This document shows positions 52,364 through 62,140 of a stretch of DNA of 64,000 nt, in pieces. How positions within the stretch are numbered: position 1 is the first letter of the stretch; every line of letters begins with the position of its first letter. The position numbers were made by a program, and so were the translations under genes. This stretch comes from Thermodesulfobacteriota bacterium (lineage in GTDB: Bacteria > Desulfobacterota > Desulfobacteria > Desulfobacterales > C00003060): assembly GCA_034189385.1 (NCBI GenBank), contig JAXHVD010000001.1:160001-224000 (forward strand), written 5' to 3'. Below the pieces are notes generated by a model, which did no database searches, had not been told where the DNA came from, and worked only from the letters and a program-made list of their open reading frames with translations.

Positions 52364-53008
52364 ATGAAGAGGACCATTTCCACACTTGTAGTTATCCTTT
52401 TTTTGGCGACCCTGTTCGCCTGTGCAGGACAGACAAAACAGCAACGAGGCACAGGTACCGGGGTAGCTATTGGGGCAGGACTTGGCGCAGCTCTTGGACA
52501 GGCCATCGGGAAAGACACTGAAGCCACCCTCCTTGGGGCAGGCATTGGTGCTGTTCTTGGAGGAATCGCGGGCAATCAGATCGGCGCTTACATGGACAGA
52601 CAGGAACAGGCACTGAGAGACGCCGTGGCCGCCTCTGACGCCGTAAGTATCCAGAGAACACAGGACGTGCTGACGGCCACGTTCAAAGGAGATGTGTTTT
52701 TCGACTTTGACTCTGCCACCCTGAAGCCTGGGGCCTATACCGAGATAGACAGGGTCTCCACCGTGTTGAACAGTTATCCACAGACGACCATCAGGGTTGA
52801 GGGGCATACGGACTCAACGGGCTCCGAAACCTACAATCAACAATTGTCGGAAAGACGGGCAGAGTCGGTAAAGAATGCCATCATCCAGAAGGGGATAGAC
52901 CCAAGAAGGATGCAGGCCATTGGCTATGGTGAGTCCCAGCCCATATCTTCAGACAACGCCATGAACAGAAGGGTGAGCGTCGTCATCACGCCCATCAGGC
53001 AAGGATAG
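52364..53008 (+). CDS. OmpA-family lipoprotein with glycine zipper
   Basis: LFAC lipobox, Gly zipper, GHTD..NQQLSERRA, NRRV. Confidence 0.93.
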   Translation: MKRTISTLVVILFLATLFACAGQTKQQRGTGTGVAIGAGLGAALGQAIGKDTEATLLGAGIGAVLGGIAGNQIGAYMDRQEQALRDAVAASDAVSIQRTQDVLTATFKGDVFFDFDSATLKPGAYTEIDRVSTVLNSYPQTTIRVEGHTDSTGSETYNQQLSERRAESVKNAIIQKGIDPRRMQAIGYGESQPISSDNAMNRRVSVVITPIRQG

Positions 53009-53066
53009 GTGGAGTAAAACTCTCTGCCGCGGCTGATCAAACACGTGGTATTTGTGAACATTGAGC

Positions 53067-53726
53067 ATGCACTTTCAAGCTGTCATCTTCGATCTGGATG
53101 GAACACTCCTTGATACCCTTGATGACATCGCCAACTCGGCAAATAGCGTGCTGCGTCGCCACGGTTTCCCCACCCACGAGGCAGATGCCTATCGAGACTT
53201 CGTCGGTGACGGCGTCACCATGCTCATGTCCCGGGCACTGCCTGTAGAAGAGCGAAGCGATAGCCTGATAGCAGGCTGTGCCGACGGTTTTCGCGAGGCC
53301 TACCTGCGTACCTGGAACGTGAATACAAGGCCATACGCGGGAATCCCGGAACTCTTGGCTGCCCTTTCCGCCAGGGATGTGAAGATGGCCGTGCTTTCCA
53401 ATAAGCCCGACGATTTCACAAAACTCTGTGTTCACGAATTTCTGGGTGACTGGTCCTTTGAGATGATACTGGGCCTCCGCCATGGAGTGCCCCAAAAGCC
53501 CAACCCAACCGGGGCCCTTGAGATAGCCGAACATCTGGCCATGACACCGGCTCGGATGCTCTGTTTGGGGGACAGCGCCGTGGACATGAAGACGGCCGTC
53601 ACTGCCGGCATGTTTCCAGTGGGAGCCTTGTGGGGGTTTCGGCCCCTGGAAGAGCTACTGGAAAACGGGGCCCAGGCCGTCATCAAAGAGCCCATGGAGC
53701 TTCTGGACCATTTGGACGAGCCGTAA
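53067..53726 (+). CDS. HAD-family hydrolase (phosphoglycolate phosphatase-like)
   Basis: FDLDGTL, SNK, KP.P, GDS..D. Confidence 0.92.
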   Translation: MHFQAVIFDLDGTLLDTLDDIANSANSVLRRHGFPTHEADAYRDFVGDGVTMLMSRALPVEERSDSLIAGCADGFREAYLRTWNVNTRPYAGIPELLAALSARDVKMAVLSNKPDDFTKLCVHEFLGDWSFEMILGLRHGVPQKPNPTGALEIAEHLAMTPARMLCLGDSAVDMKTAVTAGMFPVGALWGFRPLEELLENGAQAVIKEPMELLDHLDEP

Positions 53727-53744
53727 CGCGCCGCAGCCCGTCGC

Positions 53745-53781
53745 AAAAGTGGAGGGGGCCCAAAGGGCCCCCCATTTTTTT
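53745..53781. terminator. Bidirectional intrinsic terminator
   Basis: aaaagtggagggggccc-aaa-gggccccccatttttt between convergent genes. Confidence 0.8.
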
Positions 53782-53817
53782 CTATTGTGGCCATACTGGC
53801 TGTTAGTTGCAGCTTCC

Positions 53818-54057
53818 TCAACCGTTGTTCGTTGGAGTCAGCATGCCCCAAAGCCAACTCGGTATTGTGGGATACCTGCCCATGACCGTGTATGGGTCAA
53901 AGGGGTTTGCCAGAACCATGTAGCCACAGCCACCGCCTAAGACTGCCGTGCCGTCAGGCAGGTTGCCGGGGTCCGGGCAACCGCCGAATACGCCTGCCAT
54001 GTCCTTGTCGTCCAGTTCCTTTGCCATTTCCAGGTCTCTGATTTCGATGGTTGTCAT
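53818..54057 (-). CDS. 79-aa peptide with a double-glycine-type leader
   Basis: MTTIEIRDLEMAKELDDKDMAGVFGG|CPDPG...; SD AAGGAG upstream. Confidence 0.72.
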   Translation of the reverse strand: MTTIEIRDLEMAKELDDKDMAGVFGGCPDPGNLPDGTAVLGGGCGYMVLANPFDPYTVMGRYPTIPSWLWGMLTPTNNG

Positions 54058-54112
54058 TTTCTCTCTCCTTTTATTAGATTTTTTTGTCTGAGTATGTTTG
54101 CTTAGTCCTATC

Positions 54113-54129
54113 TGCAGCCCCCATGCCAA
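54113..54129 (-). promoter_or_regulatory. Sigma-54 (-24/-12) promoter
   Basis: TTGGCAT-GGGGG-CTGCA with canonical GG-N10-GC spacing, about 55 bp before the peptide ATG. Confidence 0.7.
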
Positions 54130-54311
54130 CAGGGAGATGGCTCGCGAAGGTTTCTTGTAACGTTGCGCAATTAATGCGAAAAAACAGAATACTCCTATTT
54201 CGCCGGTCTTCATCCCGTCTGTCCCCTCTGGATGGTTGTTGTCTGTGACCGAACATAGTCAAGGCAGGATGTTTGTTTCTAATGAACGTCTGAAAGCTGG
54301 AGATTGAGAAC

Positions 54312-54350
54312 AAAAAAAGCCCCATCTCGAAAAGATGGGGCTCCTTTTTC
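54312..54350 (-). terminator. Intrinsic terminator after the ABC substrate-binding gene
   Basis: agccccatct-cgaaa-agatggggct stem flanked by A7 and T5 tracts. Confidence 0.8.
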
Positions 54351-54391
54351 TCCAAGTGGTCAGGTAGCCGTATCTGTAGCCACCGTCGGTG

Positions 54392-55543
54392 CTATTTTTT
54401 TACTAGGCGGAACTTTCCTTTTTCCACCTTGATGAGTATCACATCAGCCAAGGACAGACCGTTGTGGTCCGACGGTGACATATTGTAGACACCGCTTAAC
54501 CCCACATAGCCCTTTGTGTTTTCAATGGCGTCCCGAATAGCAGACCGATCGTCTCCGGCCTTTTTCAGGGCCTCCACCACGATATAGGCCGCATCGGCTC
54601 CATAAGAGACCATGACGCCTGGCTCCTTGTACGCCTTGGTGTACTCAGGCACAAATTGGGCTATCAGGGCCTTTTGGGGGTCAGTGTCGGCCAGTTCGTC
54701 CGCCACATAGATCTTCGTGGCGGGCATCATGACACCTTCTGCTGCTGAACCGGCGATTTCGATGAACTGATAATTGGCCTCACCATGACACTGGAAAAGG
54801 GGAACCTTGAAATCGAGCTCCTGCATGTTTTTTGCGACCATGGGACCGGCCGGCCCAATGGTCCAGCACAGGATGGCCTGAGGCTTCTTGGCCCGCAGAT
54901 TTACAAGCTGCGGTTTCATATCCACATCCTTACCCCCAAAACTTTCAATGCCCACCATATTAAGACCATATTCAGGGGCAAGCTTCTCCGCGTTTTTCAG
55001 GCCGTCTTTTCCAAACCCGCCCTGGATATACATGAAGCCGATATTCTTCAACCCATGATCACGCATATAGGTAAAGACCCGACCCATGGCGTGACTGGCA
55101 CGATAGGGTGATTTGAAGGCCCAGTGTGTAGGTGGTTTGTCTACAATGACGTCGCTTCCGCAATGCATGAAGGCCGGCACCTTGGCCGAATCAAGGTACG
55201 GCTTAATGGCCATGCCCACGCCCGTTCTTACAGGTCCGATGATGACACTCACCTTTTCTTGCTCTACCAGTCGCTTTGCCGCGAGCAATCCCTTGGTGGG
55301 GTCCCCTTCTGTATCAGCTTGAATGAAGTCAATCTTCCGACCGTTCACGCCCCCTGCCGCGTTCACCTTATCAAAGACAAACTGGCAACTGTTTTTCTGA
55401 TCGATGCCGATGTGCGCCCAGGGACCGGAAAGGGCGAACAGGCCGCCAACCTTCATGGGCTCTGCCGCCATACTCGAACTACTTATGGCAGAAAGCCCTG
55501 CAACGAAGAATAGAGCTACCAACATCCTGATCACACGATTCAT
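54392..55543 (-). CDS. LIV-family ABC transporter substrate-binding protein
   Basis: Signal peptide, GGVNGRKI, DTEGDP, G.SG.YNMS..DH.GL. Confidence 0.92.
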   Translation of the reverse strand: MNRVIRMLVALFFVAGLSAISSSSMAAEPMKVGGLFALSGPWAHIGIDQKNSCQFVFDKVNAAGGVNGRKIDFIQADTEGDPTKGLLAAKRLVEQEKVSVIIGPVRTGVGMAIKPYLDSAKVPAFMHCGSDVIVDKPPTHWAFKSPYRASHAMGRVFTYMRDHGLKNIGFMYIQGGFGKDGLKNAEKLAPEYGLNMVGIESFGGKDVDMKPQLVNLRAKKPQAILCWTIGPAGPMVAKNMQELDFKVPLFQCHGEANYQFIEIAGSAAEGVMMPATKIYVADELADTDPQKALIAQFVPEYTKAYKEPGVMVSYGADAAYIVVEALKKAGDDRSAIRDAIENTKGYVGLSGVYNMSPSDHNGLSLADVILIKVEKGKFRLVKK

Positions 55544-55642
55544 GACTTCCTCCTTTTCTTGTTCTCTCTTTACTCCTCTTTGCCCAACTTCTCATTCAGT
55601 TTAAGACCCCAACCTCACCTCCTTGTTATAGAAATACATATT

Positions 55643-55764
55643 CACCGCAAAGGCGCAAAGAGCGCAAAGTCTTTTTGTCTTTTCCGCTGAGACGCGGAAA
55701 AACAAAAAAGCCGGATTTCTTTGCGTCCTTTGCGTCTCAAGCGAGTGAATGCGAGCGGGCGGTG
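55643..55764. repeat. REP-like palindrome
   Basis: caccgcaaaggcgcaaagagcgcaaag ... ctttgcgtcctttgcgtct ... gcggtg. Confidence 0.75.
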
Positions 55765-55810
55765 CATGTCTAAATATCAATGAACTCCTTAGTCAATCCT
55801 AAAACCCCTT

Positions 55811-56563
55811 TCAATCATCTCCCAAATAGGCGGCTATGACCCTATCATCGTTTTGGATATCGAAAGGCGTGCCTTGGGCCAGTTTCTCGCCATAATTCAG
55901 CACGACGATCTTATCAGAAACCTGCATAACAAAATTCATGTCATGCTCCACCAGCACAATGGTGATGCCTGATTCCTTCAGTTTGACGATGAGCTCCGCC
56001 ATGTCGGCTGTTTCAGAAGTGTTCAGCCCGGAGACCGGTTCATCCAGAAGGATCATCTTGGGGCGACTAATAAGGGCCCTTGCCAACTCCAATCGCTTCT
56101 GGTCCCCGTAAGGAAGGGCAGCACCCGGCTGATGCTCTCTGCCAGCCAGATTGACCCATTTGAGCATCTCCGCGGCCCTCTGCCGAACCTGCCTCTCCTC
56201 GCGCCTCACTTTCCAGGACCGGGCCAGACAGGCCACAAACCGGGCAGATGTGCACGAGTGAAACCCCACCATGACATTTTCCAGCGCTGTCATGTTGTGA
56301 AAGACCTGCAGGTTCTGAAAGGTCCGGGTGATTCCCAAGTACGCTACCTCGTGGGGTGGCATGCCAGTGATCCTTTTCCCATCGAAAAGGACCTCCCCTG
56401 AACTTCCAAGGTAAACACCGCTAATGATATTTAGAAGTGTGGTCTTTCCTGCCCCATTGGGACCGATAATGGCAGTAAGACTTGCCGGGTCTGCATGAAA
56501 AGAGACATTCATCAGGGCCATGATCCCGCCAAAGGATTTGCAAAGTTCAACCACTTCCAACAT
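55811..56563 (-). CDS. LIV-family ABC ATPase (LivG-like)
   Basis: GPNGAGKTT, RTFQ, LLDEP, VEHDM. Confidence 0.93.
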   Translation of the reverse strand: MLEVVELCKSFGGIMALMNVSFHADPASLTAIIGPNGAGKTTLLNIISGVYLGSSGEVLFDGKRITGMPPHEVAYLGITRTFQNLQVFHNMTALENVMVGFHSCTSARFVACLARSWKVRREERQVRQRAAEMLKWVNLAGREHQPGAALPYGDQKRLELARALISRPKMILLDEPVSGLNTSETADMAELIVKLKESGITIVLVEHDMNFVMQVSDKIVVLNYGEKLAQGTPFDIQNDDRVIAAYLGDD

Positions 56564-56646
56564 GGCGTCAACCTCTCTCTTCCGTCCCGAGGGATTCCCT
56601 TTTACCGTAACACTTCATGGCTTTCAGAAAACGAACCTTTTGCCCT

Positions 56647-57693
56647 TTATAGCGTGTTACCCCCGAAAGGCGACTCCAATTCCTCACCTAAGATCACGTT
56701 GGGGGATCTCTTTTTCCGGATGAGATGTAAGATGCCAGGGATAAACCCTTCCGGGAAAAAGATCATGACAACCATGAGAATGAGCCCCATGGCCACTACG
56801 TTGAACTTTTCCATAATATGAAGGAACTCCGAAAGCAGGGTCAGCATGACAGCGCCAAACAAAGAGCCCCAAACGCTACCCAACCCTCCCACAATTACCA
56901 TGATCACCACCTGGATGGAATAAACGATGTCGCAGGACTTGGGCGTGATCACGGTAATATAGTGGGCATACAGACTCCCTGCAAGGGAGGCAAACATGGC
57001 ACTGAGGACAAAGACCTTCACCTTGTATCTATGGGTGTTGATACCCAGCGTGTTGGCTGCCACCTCGCTTCCGTGGATGGCCCTGAGGGCCCTTCCCACC
57101 CGCGAGTCCACCAGGCTGAGAGAAGCCAGCAGTGCCACCAGGCTTAAGCCCCATATGAGAAAGTAGAATTTCAGGTCAGAGTCGAATCGGAGTCCACCCA
57201 CTGTCAGGTGGGGAATGCCGGCCATCCCATTGGCCCCACCTGTCACAGAATCCCACTCTACAAGGACTATTTCAAAAATGATGTTCAGGCCCAACGTGGC
57301 CATGACCAGATAGTTCCCCTTTAATCTCAAGGTGGGAATTCCGATCAAGTATGCCACAGCCCCCGTAAGCAGCATGGCCAGAAGAATGATGAACCAAGAT
57401 AGAGACCATTGAGGAAACCAGGATAGGGACCAGGGGCACAGGTCCATGTTGGTGGTGAGTACGGCCGACACATAGGCGCCCATGCCATAGAAGGCGGCGT
57501 GTCCCATGGAGATCTGCCCTGCATAGCCGACCAGAAGATTGAGCCCTACCACCACCATGGTATTAAGACCGATCACATTGAGAACGAGAAGGTAATAACT
57601 CGTCTCTATGAACAGGGGCAATATGGCAATGGCCAGGGCCAGAACCATCAGGTAGAGGAGATGGTGATGCTTCTTGAGGTCGGAAGATTCCAC
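56647..57693 (-). CDS. LIV-family ABC permease (LivM-like)
   Basis: GQISMGHAAF, LRLKGNY, TGGANG, GGLGS. Confidence 0.93.
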   Translation of the reverse strand: MESSDLKKHHHLLYLMVLALAIAILPLFIETSYYLLVLNVIGLNTMVVVGLNLLVGYAGQISMGHAAFYGMGAYVSAVLTTNMDLCPWSLSWFPQWSLSWFIILLAMLLTGAVAYLIGIPTLRLKGNYLVMATLGLNIIFEIVLVEWDSVTGGANGMAGIPHLTVGGLRFDSDLKFYFLIWGLSLVALLASLSLVDSRVGRALRAIHGSEVAANTLGINTHRYKVKVFVLSAMFASLAGSLYAHYITVITPKSCDIVYSIQVVIMVIVGGLGSVWGSLFGAVMLTLLSEFLHIMEKFNVVAMGLILMVVMIFFPEGFIPGILHLIRKKRSPNVILGEELESPFGGNTL

Positions 57694-58577
57694 TAGATCC
57701 TTTCTGCCTCTGGCGATCCCAGAAGGCCACTAGGGCGAACAAAGAGGACCAGCAACAGGATGATGAAGGCTATGGCATTCTTATATGCTGATGAGATCAA
57801 TCCCGTGGCCAAGGATTCAATGACGCCGAGCAGCAATCCGCCCAAGATCGCGCCAGGCATGCTGCCATAACCGCCAAGCACGGCAGCGGAAAAGCCCTTC
57901 AGGCCCAACATGAATCCTACATCATAAGAAGTCGTGGTTATGGGTGCGATAATAATCCCTGCCACGGCTCCTAAGGCCCCGCTCATGGCAAAAGAGAGAA
58001 GGGTCATGCGGTTGACACAGATGCCTGACAGGGCCGCAGCCCGTTGATTGCAGGAGACAGCCCTCATGGCCTTGCCTGTGACGCTCTTTTTAAAAAAGAA
58101 GTACAAGGCGATGACAACAAACAGGGTGATCGCGAAAATCCACAGGTTTTGAGACACGATGGTTGCCTTTAGAAGATGGATCGGCTCATTTCCAGAGAAA
58201 GGGGGGAGGACAAAGGGATCTGATCCCCATATGATTAAAGCCAATCCCTTAACAGAAATGGAGGCACCAATGGTGATAAAGATCAGGACCAGGATCTGTT
58301 GGGACCTGGCTGTTCGGATGGCTGATCTCTCAAAGAGGGCACCTATCAAAGTGACTGTGGTGATGGCCAGAGGAATCGAGATGGCCAGGGGGACCCCTAT
58401 GAAGGCGTAGAAGGTGACGGTGATCATCCCTCCCAGGGTAATGAACTCGCACTGGAGCAGATTCATGATGCCGCTGGCATTGTGAACCACACCAAAGCCT
58501 ATGGCAATGAGCCCATAGATGCTCCCCGTGGTGAGACCGGAAAAGAGAAATTGTGAAAGGTTGTCCAATAGAATCAT
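57693..58577 (-). CDS. LIV-family ABC permease (LivH-like)
   Basis: SGLTTGSIYGL, GKAMRA, KGFSAAVLGG. Confidence 0.93.
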   Translation of the reverse strand: MILLDNLSQFLFSGLTTGSIYGLIAIGFGVVHNASGIMNLLQCEFITLGGMITVTFYAFIGVPLAISIPLAITTVTLIGALFERSAIRTARSQQILVLIFITIGASISVKGLALIIWGSDPFVLPPFSGNEPIHLLKATIVSQNLWIFAITLFVVIALYFFFKKSVTGKAMRAVSCNQRAAALSGICVNRMTLLSFAMSGALGAVAGIIIAPITTTSYDVGFMLGLKGFSAAVLGGYGSMPGAILGGLLLGVIESLATGLISSAYKNAIAFIILLLVLFVRPSGLLGSPEAERI

Positions 58578-58580
58578 GGC

Positions 58581-58619
58581 AAAAAAAAGCCGCAGGTTTC
58601 AAGGAACTGACCGCGGCTT
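58581..58619 (-). terminator. Attenuator terminator
   Basis: Minus strand: aagccgcgg...cctgcggc followed by a run of 8 T, directly before the permease gene. Confidence 0.85.
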
Positions 58620-58642
58620 CACTCCGTTCATGTCTTTAAGAT

Positions 58643-58741
58643 CTAGCGCTCGCTGCGGACAGACCCCTCCTTTGTGCTCTGCCACCACCAGCACCAAGGG
58701 CTAAAAAAACCGATGAAACATATGCGGATCTGTCGCCCCAT
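58643..58741 (-). CDS. Phe/Trp-rich attenuator leader peptide (32 aa)
   Basis: MGRQIRICFIGFFSPWCWWWQSTKEGSVRSER*; precedes antiterminator and terminator. Confidence 0.82.
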   Translation of the reverse strand: MGRQIRICFIGFFSPWCWWWQSTKEGSVRSER

Positions 58742-58912
58742 AGCGAAAAAGTCTTTAACAGAACGAGAGGCCTCTGTCAAGTTGCGAGGCCCTTATTTTG
58801 TTCCAGAAGACCCCGTCCTCTCTCCTTGTGGGAAAAGACCCATCTGTGATATATGGCTCAGAAAAAGATTATACAAGAATACGCCGATGCACTTAGCTCC
58901 TGGACTCACGTT

Positions 58913-59018
58913 TTGAACCGCATAAGCGAGCGCATTCTCCACAGGAGAGCTACCGCAGCCCCCGTAGGTTCTGCCCGTTGGCAGTGCTAGCGCGGCGCGG
59001 GCCGCGGGGAATGTTCAA
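58913..59018. repeat. REP-like element carrying the 38-bp insert
   Basis: ttgaaccgcataagcgagcgcatt matches the 36160-36264 element in reverse; contains the segment identical to 10784-10821. Confidence 0.7.
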
Positions 59019-59062
59019 TTCCGGACATGAACCGTTGGCAGATCGTGATAAGATTCTGGAAA

Positions 59063-59143
59063 CGTCATTCCGGCGAAGGCCGGAATCCAGTTTCTTTTCA
59101 AAGCGTTTGGCACTCTGGATGTCGGATCAAGTCCGGCATGACG
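59063..59143. repeat. REP-like palindrome
   Basis: cgtcattccggcgaaggccggaatccag ... ctggatgtcggatcaagtccggcatgacg. Confidence 0.8.
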
Positions 59144-59249
59144 AAAGAAATTTGAGCTCTGCAGTCTTCTGCAATTGTTTCTTTGATTGGACGAAGACGA
59201 TTGGGAACAAGACGCATAAGCATTTACAGAGAATCTCTTGGAGGCTCAT

Positions 59250-59435
59250 ATGAGAGCGCTTGACGAACAGGTTTTAAAGGTGACCAAAGAGATGGTGGCC
59301 AAGTTCATAGAGGTAGGCCGTGTCTCTCCCACCTCCTTTGACGAGACTTTCAAGAGTGTCTACAGGAGTGTGAAGGAGGCGATCCTGGGCAACAGCGAAC
59401 CCCTGCCGGAAAAGGGCGATGAAGAAGAGCCCTAG
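59250..59435 (+). CDS. Small conserved hypothetical protein
   Basis: LKVTKEMVAKFIEVGRVSP..F..VY; SD GGAGG. Confidence 0.75.
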   Translation: MRALDEQVLKVTKEMVAKFIEVGRVSPTSFDETFKSVYRSVKEAILGNSEPLPEKGDEEEP

Positions 59436-62140
59436 TGGACGTTCGCCCAGTTTTGGCCTACCTTAATGTCCACCTTGAGCGGCACTCTGAGTTCATAGAC
59501 CCCTTCCATGAGGGAGGTGACCAGTTTTCTTGCGCTGTCGAGTTCCTCATGGGGGATCTCAAAGACCAGCTCGTCATGGACCTGTAGCAGCATCTTGGCC
59601 TTTAGCCCCTGCCGGTCCAATGCCTCGTGTATGCGTATCATGGCCACCTTGATAAGATCGGCAGCGGTGCCCTGAAGGGGCGTGTTAACGGCTGTGCGCT
59701 CTGCCGACTCCCGGGCGGTGCGGTTTGGGCTTGCAATATCGGGAAGCCACCGGTGACGACCCAGCAGCGTGGTCACCTTCTTAACCTTCCGAGCCTCCTC
59801 AATGGTCTCGGCCGTGAAGCGCTTCACCCCTTTGTACCTGTCAAAATAGTGGTCAATGTAGGTCCTTGCCATCTTGTTGCTGATCCCTAACTCGTTGGCC
59901 AGCCTGAAGGGGCCCATCCCGTAAATGATCCCGAAATTGATGACCTTGGCCTGACGGCGCATCTCCTGCGTAATCATGGAGGGAAAGAGTTGGAAGACCT
60001 CAGCCGCTGTGCGCGTGTGGATATCCTCGTCTCTTTCAAAGGCCTCGACAAGGATGGGGTCTTGAGAGTAGTGGGCTAGGAGTCGAAGTTCTATCTGGGA
60101 ATAGTCTGCAGAGAGCATGACCCAGCCTTGTCGTGGGAGGAAAGCGGCCCGAATCTTGCGACCCTCCTCTGTGCGTATAGGGATATTTTGAAGGTTGGGG
60201 TCACTGCTGCTCAGACGGCCCGTGGCTGTCACCGTCTGATTATAGGACGTGTGGATGCGATCGGTTTCTCCGTGGATCAGATCGACCAGGGCGTCGGCAT
60301 AGGTCGATTTGAGCTTTGCAAGGGAACGGTATTGGAGCACCAGGGCAGGCAATTCGTGTTCTGTTGACAGCGTGGTAAGGACCTGTACGTCCGTGGAATA
60401 ACCGGTTTTCTTTTTGGTCTTTTTCAGGACTGGGAGTTTGAGTTTTTCAAAAAGGATGTAGCCCAATTGCTGGTGGGACTGGATGTTGAATGCTTCCCCG
60501 GCTATGGCGTATATCCGGCCCTGTATCTCATCGAGCTGGCGTTCAAACTCCTTTGATAGGGTCTGCAAACGACCCTTGTCCACACGAATGCCTGACATCT
60601 CCATGTCTACCAGGACCGGTATAAGGGGAATTTCAATCTTTCGGAAAAGGTCCTCAAAGCCCCCTTCTTTCAACTTGGACGCCAGTACCTTGTAGGCCAT
60701 GAAGGTGATGTCTGCGTCTTCACAGGCATAGGGTACGGCATCTGCTATGGGGACCGCTTCAAATCCCCCCCTGTCGCCCTTCCCGCCGGTCACTTCTTCG
60801 TAAGTTATCATCTTGTGGTCCAGGTGTTCTGAGGCAATGGCCTCCAGATTATGGGCCCGAAGGGTAGGGTTAAGGAGATAGGAAGCCACCATGGTGTCAA
60901 AGATGACCCCCTTGAGGTCAATGCCGGCACGTTTTAATACGATCCAGTCGTACTTGATGTTCTGTCCCACCTTGGCCAGGTGCGGGTCTTCCAGCAAAGG
61001 CTTCAATCGGGCCAGCGTCTGCTCAGGGGCAAGCTGTCCAGTTCCCGTTGTCTCGGTGTGCCGCAGAGGGATATATGCCGCTTCATCGGGTCGGCAGGCA
61101 AAGGAGATGCCCACAATAGCCGCCTCCATGGGGTTGATGGCCGTGGTCTCAAGGTCCAGGGCAAAGGCCTTGGTCTTTCTCAGATCATGGATCAGGCCTT
61201 TGAGGGCCTTGTCGTCCACGATGGCCCGGTAGTCTTTGTTGCTCAGGTCCGCCTTGAGCGGAAAGATCTCTTGGAGCTTTCTAAACTCCAAGGTCTTAAA
61301 GAGCCTGGCCAGCTTTTCCTTGTCAGGGCCCAAGACCTTAAAGGTTGACACCTCTGCTGATAAGGGAACCTGCCTGTCGATGGCTACCAGACGTCGGCTC
61401 AACAAGGCCTGGTCCTGATACTGGGTCAGGTTTTCACGGAGTTTCTTCTTGGTGACCTTGTCCAGGTCCTGGAAAAGGGCATCCATGCTTCCAAAGGTCT
61501 TGATTAATCCAAGGGCTGTCTTTTCACCAATGCCTGGCACACCCGGAACATTGTCCGAAGTGTCACCAGCAAGGGCCATGACATCTATCCACTGAGAAGG
61601 CTCCAGGCCGAATTCCTTTCTTAGGCCTTCGTAGTCGATGGTGCGGTCTTTCATGGGATCCCAGATGCTGGTTTGAGGGGAAACCAACTGCTTGAAATCC
61701 TTGTCGCCAGTGACCATAATGACCCTGAATCCTTCTCTCTCGGCGGCCAGGGCGAGGGTTCCTATTATGTCATCAGCCTCATAGCCCTCAAGCTCCAACG
61801 CGGCAATGTTCATCCCTTCGATCACCTCTTTGATATAGGGGATCTGCTCCACAAGATCTTCCGCCATGGGCGGACGATTGGCCTTGTAGGCATGGTACAT
61901 ATCGTGACGAAAAGTGGGACCCTTGGAATCGAAGACCATGGCCACATATTCGGGATGGTGGTCGCCAAGGAGTTTCAGCAGCATGTTCGTGAAGCCGAAA
62001 GTGGCATTAGTGGGCAGGCCCTTGCTTGTGGAAAGGTGGCGCACGGCGTGGTAGGCGCGGTGGATGTAACCGCTTCCGTCAACGAGGTAAATGGCCTTTT
62101 CTGTCAACCTTGTGCTTCCTTCCTGGGTCAGACATACCAT
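59432..62140 (-). CDS. polA: DNA polymerase I
   Basis: 5'-3' exonuclease (YEADD), DLETT, ADYSQIELR, NFGIIYG, LQVHDEL. Confidence 0.98.
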   Translation of the reverse strand: MVCLTQEGSTRLTEKAIYLVDGSGYIHRAYHAVRHLSTSKGLPTNATFGFTNMLLKLLGDHHPEYVAMVFDSKGPTFRHDMYHAYKANRPPMAEDLVEQIPYIKEVIEGMNIAALELEGYEADDIIGTLALAAEREGFRVIMVTGDKDFKQLVSPQTSIWDPMKDRTIDYEGLRKEFGLEPSQWIDVMALAGDTSDNVPGVPGIGEKTALGLIKTFGSMDALFQDLDKVTKKKLRENLTQYQDQALLSRRLVAIDRQVPLSAEVSTFKVLGPDKEKLARLFKTLEFRKLQEIFPLKADLSNKDYRAIVDDKALKGLIHDLRKTKAFALDLETTAINPMEAAIVGISFACRPDEAAYIPLRHTETTGTGQLAPEQTLARLKPLLEDPHLAKVGQNIKYDWIVLKRAGIDLKGVIFDTMVASYLLNPTLRAHNLEAIASEHLDHKMITYEEVTGGKGDRGGFEAVPIADAVPYACEDADITFMAYKVLASKLKEGGFEDLFRKIEIPLIPVLVDMEMSGIRVDKGRLQTLSKEFERQLDEIQGRIYAIAGEAFNIQSHQQLGYILFEKLKLPVLKKTKKKTGYSTDVQVLTTLSTEHELPALVLQYRSLAKLKSTYADALVDLIHGETDRIHTSYNQTVTATGRLSSSDPNLQNIPIRTEEGRKIRAAFLPRQGWVMLSADYSQIELRLLAHYSQDPILVEAFERDEDIHTRTAAEVFQLFPSMITQEMRRQAKVINFGIIYGMGPFRLANELGISNKMARTYIDHYFDRYKGVKRFTAETIEEARKVKKVTTLLGRHRWLPDIASPNRTARESAERTAVNTPLQGTAADLIKVAMIRIHEALDRQGLKAKMLLQVHDELVFEIPHEELDSARKLVTSLMEGVYELRVPLKVDIKVGQNWANVH

